Positions 53,669 through 64,000 of a DNA stretch of 64,000 bases are shown here, piece after piece (the stretch's first letter is position 1; the number at the start of each line of letters is the position of its first letter). The DNA comes from Eledone cirrhosa (Eukaryota). Position numbers and translations under genes: made by a program. The DNA is taken from positions 27,838,001-27,902,000 of the forward strand of contig OZ024748.1 in assembly GCA_964016885.1 (NCBI GenBank), read 5' to 3'. The notes under the pieces are model-generated. The model saw nothing but the letters and a program-made list of their open reading frames with translations. It was not told the DNA's origin and made no database searches.

Positions 53669-55389
53669 TGTATCAAAAATAAAATATAAATAACATATAT
53701 ATAGAGTCGCATATGTAATCAAACTTTTATGCACCTGTATCGCAAATTTAATATTTTAAAATATATACATTTTTCTTTAAAGAAATGCATTTTTGCCAAT
53801 TCTTTTACAGGAAAAAAATGGAAATATGAAATAAAGCAAAGATGAAATAGAAAGAAATAAGGAATCGATGAAAGACACACAGACAAATGGTGGAATGGTA
53901 AAACTGGAATAAATCTAAAATGTTTCATTCTGGTATGATACGATTTTCCATCATGATATTACAATAATATTGATTTAAAGGACAGAGTGAGGGTGAGACT
54001 ACAGAGACACTACAGGATCTTATTTCTAGTGTCAAACATTGTCACATTCCATATCGCCTGTCTTCTTATATAGATATTTATTGTGTGGTATTTTATTGTA
54101 TTTTATTAGAAATGCGTGTTGGCTTAGTGGTTGGGCTGTTAGGTTAAAAAATCCCAATGTCGGCATTTAGATTCCCGACAGCGCATTGTGTCCTTGAGCA
54201 AGACATTTTATTTCATGCTGCTCCAGTCTACCACGTCGTTAAGTAGATGAAGAAGAAGATATATGAACAACAAAGAAGAGAAATCGAAGTAAAAGCAATT
54301 TTATTGAAACAGCTTTTCACTAAAATTTCATAATGTATAAAGTTTTTAGTTAACGGGAAATTAAAAAACATATTTCGTTATTGGCTAATTCTTCTTCTAC
54401 ATAGAAACACGTGGTGAACGTCTGGTGAATATCTGGTGAACGTCTGGTGCAGATCTGGAAAACATTTTGTAAGTTAACAAGAACCATAACACAACCCTCA
54501 CCACACAATTAAAATTATCAGAGGTTTCCAAGACATTTAACAATAGGTTTAAATCTTCAGGTTTGTATAGAATAAAATTTGCAGGCATGGTACTTAATTG
54601 TTGTTGTTGGTGGTGGTGGTGGTGGCGGTCAAATAGTCTGATTGTTCAAATTTAATGTTTGCAAATATTTCTCTTTGTATTTATTGGTTTATTTCTTTGA
54701 AATATGTATCACAGCTATTTTATATCATCACTGCGCATGACCATACCACTCTTTATATTAATTGTATCCCCTCAGTGCTTCGTAAAAGTCCGGGAGATAC
54801 TGTTAATATAAAGAGTGGTGTGGTCATGCGCAGTGATGATATAAAATAGCTTATAAAATAGAGTGAAGACATAGAGACGGTAAACGAACTATGTGTTGTA
54901 GGTGAAATTTGTTGGACGGAAACTGAATACATTGTGTCATGGTGGTTTTGCTTGGGCTACATGTGGCAGCCATTTATTTACCCATTGTATCACATATCGG
55001 ACGTTGATCGTCGAAAGCGACGGAGGGTGGAACTATCAACATTATACAGTGCCAGCTGCCAGCTTCTTTTTTCAAGGCGACAGGGTGTAATATGAGGGAA
55101 ATTTAGCTGCTATTTCAAGCCGAGTGAGGCTCACTAACGACCATGCAGAGACTGTCATGTTACTGTAGTGGAATGTTTTGTCGATGTTATTGTAGTTGTT
55201 GTTGTTGTTGTTGTTGTTCATGTGGCAGTTATGAGAACGTTATTCTTCCACATGTTATCTTTATAGAAAAGATAAAATACGAGAGATTTGGTAAATCTCT
55301 TAAGTTTTATTGGCTTTATTGATATATATATATATATATATGTGTGTGTGTAAATATATATGTATATATGTATGTATGTATATATTATA

Positions 55390-55484
<95 letters not shown>

Positions 55485-55485
55485 G

Positions 55486-55584
<99 letters not shown>

Positions 55585-55585
55585 G

Positions 55586-55618
<33 letters not shown>

Positions 55619-55665
55619 GTATATATATATATATGTATATATATGTATATATATATATATGTATA

Positions 55666-55752
<87 letters not shown>

Positions 55753-55853
55753 ATATATGTATATATATGTATATACATATATATATGTATATACATATAT
55801 GTATATACATATATATATGTATATACATATATATATATATACATATATATATG

Positions 55854-55895
<42 letters not shown>

Positions 55896-55955
55896 TGTAT
55901 ATATATGTATATATATATATGTATATATATGTATATATATATATGTATATATATG

Positions 55956-56068
<113 letters not shown>

Positions 56069-56085
56069 GTATATATATATATATA

Positions 56086-56182
<97 letters not shown>

Positions 56183-56193
56183 TGTGTATAAGC

Positions 56194-56245
<52 letters not shown>

Positions 56246-56341
56246 GTATATATATGTATATATATATGTGTATATATATATATATGTGTATATATATATG
56301 TGTATATATATATGTGTATATATATATATATGTGTGTATAT

Positions 56342-56394
<53 letters not shown>

Positions 56395-56406
56395 GTATAT
56401 ATATAT

Positions 56407-56439
<33 letters not shown>

Positions 56440-56635
56440 CATATACATAGAGAGAGGGGGGGGGCGAGTGTGTGTGTGTAAGAGTTGTGAGGAAATGTCA
56501 TACTGAAACAAGACAAGTCTCTTCTACATCGCATTCTGACCGCAATAGTAAGGTCACGCTGTATTACCCAGAATTCCTTCCTGCTTTTCTACTTCCTCAG
56601 GCTAATCTTCATTTGCGAAAAAGTTATCTTGAGCA

Positions 56636-56667
<32 letters not shown>

Positions 56668-56819
56668 TTATTTATCTATATATCTAAGCCGTACACATAC
56701 AAAACTCTACATAAACTATGCACAACGTCCAACAAACAAAAATAAAAAAGTATTTAGAAACAAAATCCAAAAATGCATATCTATAAAGAAACATTAAAAA
56801 ATGACGTTCGAAGCAAGTA

Positions 56820-56871
<52 letters not shown>

Positions 56872-56899
56872 CATACATATATATATATATAGTATATAT

Positions 56900-56946
<47 letters not shown>

Positions 56947-56962
56947 CATATATATATATATA

Positions 56963-56994
<32 letters not shown>

Positions 56995-57008
56995 CATGCA
57001 TATATATA

Positions 57009-57068
<60 letters not shown>

Positions 57069-57092
57069 CATACATACATATATATATATATA

Positions 57093-57136
<44 letters not shown>

Positions 57137-57152
57137 CATATATATATATATA

Positions 57153-57212
<60 letters not shown>

Positions 57213-57266
57213 TATATACATATATACATATATATATATATATACATATTTATACATACATATATA

Positions 57267-57321
<55 letters not shown>

Positions 57322-57607
57322 CGTGTGTGTGCGTGTGTGTATATTTATGAATATAGTGTTATAAATCTTGTTGGTTTATCCGAAACAGTCCAGCATCGGA
57401 ATGTGGCCTCACTAGGGAACTTACCAGAAGGAAATCTCCACATATGGGTTAAGGGGACAACGCATCCAAAACAACATATAAACATATGATATAGAAGTCC
57501 ACAGTTAAATCTCCTCTCTTCCTCCTTCTCTCTCCTCCTTACCCCTCTCTCTCACTTGCTCACTCTCTCTTTCTTTTTTTCTCTCTCTTCCATCTCTCTC
57601 TCCTTTT

Positions 57608-57671
<64 letters not shown>

Positions 57672-57899
57672 TCTCTATATATATATATAAATACATACAT
57701 ACTCCTGTAAATTCACCTGTCTTTCCCCGCCACTCCCTCGCCATGGCCCCCACTTCCTAAGATAAAGTAGGATAAGATTAGTGGATTCCGGAGGTTAAAA
57801 GACATAAAACATATATTACACAGCAATATGGATTTGGTTTTGTCTTTTTCTCCCCCCTTTCTCTCTTCTCCTTACATCACTCTTTTTTCTTTGTGTATT

Positions 57900-57938
<39 letters not shown>

Positions 57939-57942
57939 CATA

Positions 57943-58038
<96 letters not shown>

Positions 58039-58072
58039 TAATAGGTATAAATCGAAGTTGTAGCCGCAGTAT

Positions 58073-58180
<108 letters not shown>

Positions 58181-58397
58181 CTCCAGTTCGCTTCTTTCTG
58201 TCTCAAATCTACGGTCCCTCTCACCCTCTCTCTTTCTCTCAAACTCACACATAGACACACACACACACGAGCACACATACACATATTTAAGATGTATTTT
58301 TTTTTTATTATACTGCACGCTATTGAACACAAATATTGAGTTCTTTATTTGTGTGAAAATCTCCCCGAAAATCCTAAAGTACACACATTTTGCAAGC

Positions 58398-58466
<69 letters not shown>

Positions 58467-58539
58467 TATATGGGGGGGGGGTGTATGTGTGTGTGTATGT
58501 GTGTGTGTGTGTGCGTGCGTGCATGTGTGTGTATGTGTG

Positions 58540-58590
<51 letters not shown>

Positions 58591-58771
58591 GTATATGTGA
58601 GTGTGTATTCATACGGTAAACATTGATACAATTCGATCAAGCACTCAACGCCATGATACTTCTTCAAAATACTTTGTTCATATAAGTAACTAACTAATAA
58701 CTTAATTATATGTTTTATGAAGTGGGAGAAACATGCGTTAATTAAAACATAATATAGTAAACAGTCTTTTC

Positions 58772-58815
<44 letters not shown>

Positions 58816-59294
58816 TATATATATAAAATTGCAAGTTTGAAGAATTATTAGATAAAATATACCCAATCTTTCTTCACCCTAGTCCGTAGAAATCAACTAG
58901 ATAAATAATCATTTAAACGGAGCTATAAGTTTAAAACGTAACCTCGAAGAAACAATAGACAAATGGTAGAGACTATTTTCCGCGAGGAACAGTCAGATAA
59001 AATTTATCCAGTCTTTCCTCTTAGCCCGTAGAAATTAACTAGACAAATAATCAATTAAACGGAGCTAAGTCTAAAATATAAGTTAGAAGAAAAAATGCAT
59101 ATAAACTTTACCAAAATTCCTCTAGTGCCGACTATCGATAATTTCGCTCGTACTTTGTGGTTATGTCCAATCTTGGTATTATCCACGCGGCTTAAAGCTT
59201 ATCAAGAGACTCCCTCAGGTTTGGACTAAAATTTCTACAGTGATCGCCGCCAGAAATGAATTCAAAATGGCTAAGAAACATCACGTAGCTATCA

Positions 59295-59328
<34 letters not shown>

Positions 59329-59344
59329 TGATAGCTATATATCA

Positions 59345-59461
<117 letters not shown>

Positions 59462-59679
59462 ATACATATATATATATAAATATAAATTTAGCGAGAATCG
59501 CATTTCGGCGGGTATATATATATATATATATATATAAGTGGTTACACAACAGTTAGTTCACCATACCGAGAACAATTGTTCTCGGTATGGTGAACTAACT
59601 GCTGTGTAACCACTTCTACCTAACTCGTCCCTTAGACTGAGTGCTCTACCACTACAGATATTACCTTCCAGTGTTCTAC

Positions 59680-59782
<103 letters not shown>

Positions 59783-60038
59783 TATGTATGTATGAAATTG
59801 GAATGGTAGTGGGGTGGGTGTAAAGGTGGGAGTTAGACTGGGTGTATGGGAACAAACCGGTGAAGATGGCAAACTGAGATATCCCACTGTGTGTCTCTGG
59901 CAGCTGGCTCGTAATCTGGGGTCATCACCCTACCCCCACGAGCCAGCTGCCTGGGAAACATTTGTAACTGGGTTAAGCAATAAATCTCATATGTAACACC
60001 TCTACTTTGTTCTTATTATACACACACATATATACATA

Positions 60039-60702
60039 TGTCGCACCAACGTGAGGTATATGATTTTTAATGCGATGAAATACCAATGATCGTTGGCAAA
60101 TCACTGATGAGGGACTCATTTTATAACATGTAATCCATGTGCAACCACGCAGTATTCTTCTCTCCATATTTTTCATAAATTTACCTAAACTGCGATTCTA
60201 TGTTTCTCTCTTTCTCTCTTACTGCTCCCTCGTTCTCTCTGTTTCTCTTACTTTCTTTCGTCCCCTCTGTCATGTCAGTTAACACTTTCTCTCTACTGAC
60301 CTCTTCCTCGCACTTCCACTCACTCACTCTCCGTTTCTCCCCCTCTTACTTCCCCTCGTCCGCTACGAACCCGATTTTCCTTCTTTCTCACATCGGATTC
60401 ACTAGCGAAAGGTCTGTTTCTTACTCGCTCATGTATTCACCCAGCTTATGCTGACAGAATAACCATGTTGCTTGTGTTTCTTTCCATCTTCGGTTAGCTT
60501 TCCCTTGTGTTGTTTACTTGTCTCACTCGCTTTACGCGTTTCAATTGTCCCAATAACTTATTTTAGTTATTGTCGCACCAACGTGAGGTATATGATTTTT
60601 AATGCGATAAAATACCAATGATCGTTGGCAAATCACTGATGAGGCACTCATTTTATAACATGTAATCCATGTGCAACCATGCAGTATTCTTCTCCCCATA
60701 TT

Positions 60703-60709
<7 letters not shown>
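60039..60709. mobile_element. Small element with 139-bp direct terminal repeats (60039-60177, 60571-60709)
   Basis: Near-identical direct repeats, 532-bp period, TA-rich flanks. Confidence 0.75.
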
Positions 60710-60732
<23 letters not shown>

Positions 60733-60733
<1 letters not shown>

Positions 60734-61097
60734 ATTGTCCTCTGGTATTCGCAGGGGTTACGTTTCTAGAGCACCCGCGAAGAGTGAAAAATCGCGAATG
60801 TCGGACGTGGTCCATAAACATGTCTATAAACGTCAAAATATAACGTAAAATCTGATACAACAAAAAAGAGCGTCTTATGCGAAGGGGTGTCCAATAGGCC
60901 GGCAAATGCGGTATATTGTTATTAATAGTTTGGCGTTGAAAAAATATTATATATTACCACGAAAAAAAAGGTATTAAAAAATCGCGGAAGATATTTACGA
61001 TTCCGCGAATATGCGGTGGTTTCTACAAACAATTATTAGATAGGTTCTATGGAAAATTCGACGAATGCCGAACCGCGAATACGCGAGAGGTAGACTG
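60733..61097. mobile_element. Tigger/pogo-like MITE
   Basis: Imperfect TIRs CCTCTGGTATTCGC / GCGAATACGCGAGAGG..CTG; internal CGCGAA repeats; TA context. Confidence 0.7.
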
Positions 61098-61496
61098 TGT
61101 ATACAATATACACACACGTAAGACTTACTTTTATTTTAACGTCAGCTCGTTTTTGTTTTTTTCGTATGAATAAATTGTTCCAAATGAGTCTGAACAAAGT
61201 ATTTACCCCTCCTTCATATATTTCACTGTGTTCCGTCTCCCTAGTTTTAATTACAATAATCGAACCTGAGAAATTGGAATGGTGGGGATGGTGGTGGGGA
61301 TGGTGTGTGTGTGGGGGGGGGGATACTGGGTGTATCGGAACAAACCGGTGAAGATGGCAAACAGAGATATCCCACTGAGTGTGTGTGTGTGTGTGTGTGT
61401 GTGTGTCTGGGTGTAGGAGGTGTATGTGTAAGTGTGTGTGTGTGTATGTGTGTCTTTCTGACAAACCGACATCAAAGCTGTATCCCACCCCTATTA

Positions 61497-61529
<33 letters not shown>

Positions 61530-62354
61530 CCATGACAACTGTTATCAGCAGCAGTACTAGTAGTATTTGTAATTGTAGTAGCTGCAGTAGCAGCAGCAGC
61601 AGGAGCAGTAGTAGTACTAGTAGTAGTAGTAATAGTGGTGGTGGTGGTGGTGGTGGTGGTAGTGGTGGTTACTTTATCTGTCCAATGAACCGAAACAAGA
61701 CACATCGCCTGTCTAACCCTTCCCCCCAGATCATAATATACGAAACCGGACCAAATAACACAAGACCGGACTGGACTGGAGATGGATCTAACAATAATTA
61801 TTCATTGCCTCCTCCCACACAACACTACCAACAACAACAACAACAACAACAGCACCAAACCATCACCCAACCACGCCGACGACGACGAAGACCATCACCA
61901 CCACCACCAACAACAACAGCACCAAACCATCACCCAACCACACCGACGACAACCACCACCACCAACAACAACAACACCACCAACATCACCACCCAACCAC
62001 GCCGACGACGACGACCACCACCAACAACAACAACAGTAACAGCACTAACACCACCACCAACAACAACAGCACCAAACCATCACCCAACCACGACGACCAT
62101 CACCACCACCACCACCAAGACCACCACCACCACCACCATCACACGCTAATCGTGGTAGTTTTTGAACTGAGTAAGGGTGGAGTGAATAGAGTGGAAGAGG
62201 TGAGATGGAGGGGGAGTAAGAGTCTCATTTAATAATTAGAAATTTAAAAATAATGAAAATTGTCTGTATTTATATGATGTTATTTTGTTCTTTTATATTC
62301 TATTATATATGATTGTATATTCTATTATATATGATTGTATATTCTATTATATAT

Positions 62355-62470
62355 GAGTTCAAATCCCGCCGAGGTTGACTTTGCCTTTCATCCTTACGGG
62401 GTCGATAAAATAAAGTACCAGTAATGCACTGGGTATTTGCTGGCCTTGTGCCTAAAGTAGAAACAATTAT
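62355..62470 (+). mobile_element. 5'-truncated SINE
   Basis: Match to core; ATTATATATGA on both flanks. Confidence 0.88.
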
Positions 62471-62504
62471 ATATGATTGTTCTTCTATATATAGAGATAT
62501 ATTA

Positions 62505-63200
62505 CACTCGTCATCACACGTTTTGCTGACTTAGGTTTTGTTGTTGTTTTTAGCTAATTTCGAGGTGCTGATTTCAAATATGGCATCCCTTTTTTCCTAA
62601 CACATCAGGTTTTCAGTCTATAGTACACCCCTATCTTATGTATGAATAATTGTTTCTACTTTAAGCAGAAGGCCATCAATTTGAAGGGGAGGGTAAAGTC
62701 GATTAAATCGACCCTAGTACTTACTGGTGCTTCATTTTATCGACGTCTTAAGGATGAAAGGCAAAGCTAGCCCCGGTGGGATGAATAATGTAATTTACTT
62801 AGGATGGATTACTATGTCTTATAGCTTGAAACCATAAGTTATAATATCAACAGCATCTGGTATGATAGATAACATCACCTTTTATTAAATACATCTTATT
62901 AATTCTCAAATAAAATGGATAAAGCATAAACAATCGTACACTAACCAACATATTAATGGAACAAATTTTCGCTTACGAGAGCGCCTGGAGTGTTTCATGC
63001 CTACACAGACTCTTTCAATTCTCCAACAGTAGTCTGTCATCGTGTATGTGTTTCATCTACTTTGATATCTCTCCTCCATAACCTTTATATCTTGATGGAA
63101 GCACTCGCCATGCTCATCGCTCACGTCTCCAAGATTAGCAGGAAATTCATCGAGATGGCGCTTGAGGAAATGAATCTTAATGCTGATGTTGCAGCCTAAA
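62505..63200 (-). mobile_element. 3' part of a Chapaev3-like (CMC) DNA transposon, with nested SINE (62646-62783, TSD ATGAATAAT)
   Basis: LGCNISIKIHFLKRHLDEFPANLGDVSDEHGECFHQDIKVMEERYQ..TDYCW..HSRRSRKRKF; CAC terminus at 62505; superfamily assignment from recall. Confidence 0.72.
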
Positions 63201-63221
63201 ACCAGCAAGGTCATTATGTGC

Positions 63222-63690
63222 CCCCCCCCCTCACTCTCCCCTACAAGGGAAAAAGAACTGTAACAGACATGTGGTGGCTCCTGTGATGGATGATTGTTGA
63301 GGGGACAGTTTCTTCCCGATCGAGAGGACCAGAACAGCCAGAGAGGACTAGACCGGGGTTGACCTGGAGATACTTCTCCAGATTTCACCTGAAAGGGAAA
63401 ATCAGGGCGGAGAGGGAAGTGCTGCCTTCCAGTAAGTTTGCTGAAAGGTGGGTGAGAGAGGCAAGAATGGCCCGTATGAATGGGCCTGCTCTGAGCATAT
63501 GCCTGTAGAATTATAGGAGGATAACTGAGAGATGGCGCTTGCCCTAGAGGTCAGGGTGACTGTGGCGTTTGTAGGCTTTCTCCACGAGTAACCCTCGGTG
63601 ACCCCCCCCCCCCCCCATTAAGGAATTTTCTTTTCTTTCCAATTTTTTTATACATCCTTTGTTTTTGTTTTCTTTTTTACACGCAGAAAC
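63222..63690 (+). mobile_element. Tx1-like LINE extreme C-terminus and 3' UTR
   Basis: FHLKGKIRAEREVLPSSKFAERWVREARMARMNG..* continues the type of ORF seen at 49.5-50.3 kb. Confidence 0.65.
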
Positions 63691-63696
63691 CCATAT

Positions 63697-64000
63697 TTGT
63701 ACCATCCTGTATCGCCCTGTGTTGTCCTGTACCGTCCTGCACCGTCCTGTACGGCCCTGTACCGCTCTAGTGCTGTCCGGTACCGCCCTGTACCGCCCTA
63801 GTGCTGTCCTGTACCGTCCTACCGTCCTGTACCGCCTTGTAACGCCCTGCGCTGTCCTGTACCGCCCTGTACTGTCCTGTACCGCCCTGTGCTCTTCTGT
63901 ACTGCCCTGTACCACCCTGTACCACCCGGTACCACCCTGTGCTGTCCTCTACCGCCCTGTGCTGTCCTGTACCGTCCTGTACCGCCCTGTACCGTCCTGT
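63697..64000. repeat. 10-bp satellite (CTGTACCGCC / CTGTGCTGTC)n running off the window
   Basis: Directly visible. Confidence 0.92.

Noticed and set aside
58860-59095. ~140-bp-period diverged tandem duplication (similar small ones at 10280-10455 and 30712-30808)
   Set aside because: Ordinary local duplications with no further structure seen
60050-60120. Hammerhead from GGTATA..GAAATACC..CTGATGA
   Set aside because: Strand order is not a valid circular permutation, stem II does not pair, and GAAA is absent in the second repeat copy

Overview
This is AT-rich, repeat-dominated eukaryotic DNA. It is most likely from an octopus or other coleoid cephalopod, judged from recall of the tRNA-derived SINE family seen in about 18 copies. 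Most listed ORFs are artefacts of (TA)n, (CA)n, (GA)n, (TATG)n, (GGT)n or (TTG)n microsatellites, and no intact conventional gene is visible. Recognisable content includes fragments of RTE-, CRE-, R4/Dong- and Tx1-type LINEs, Tc1 and Chapaev3-like DNA transposon remnants, MITEs and several minisatellites. Three things stand out. (1) A Penelope-like (Naiad-type GIY-YIG) insertion at 18.2-20.5 kb forms a long inverted repeat with a well-formed hammerhead ribozyme in each arm, and there are further hammerhead-like and fold-back mini-inserts inside (TA)n tracts. (2) An ~11.8-kb (TTG/GTG/GAG) array at 36.7-48.5 kb, missed by the ORF track on the minus strand, reads as a Thr/Pro mucin-type domain whose variants are mostly synonymous or conservative. 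It has a ~4.4-kb internal duplication and a Cys-rich lead-in. (3) Scattered degenerate 'unique segment + Thr-run' modules may be remnants of the same gene family. A 200-N assembly gap lies inside the array.
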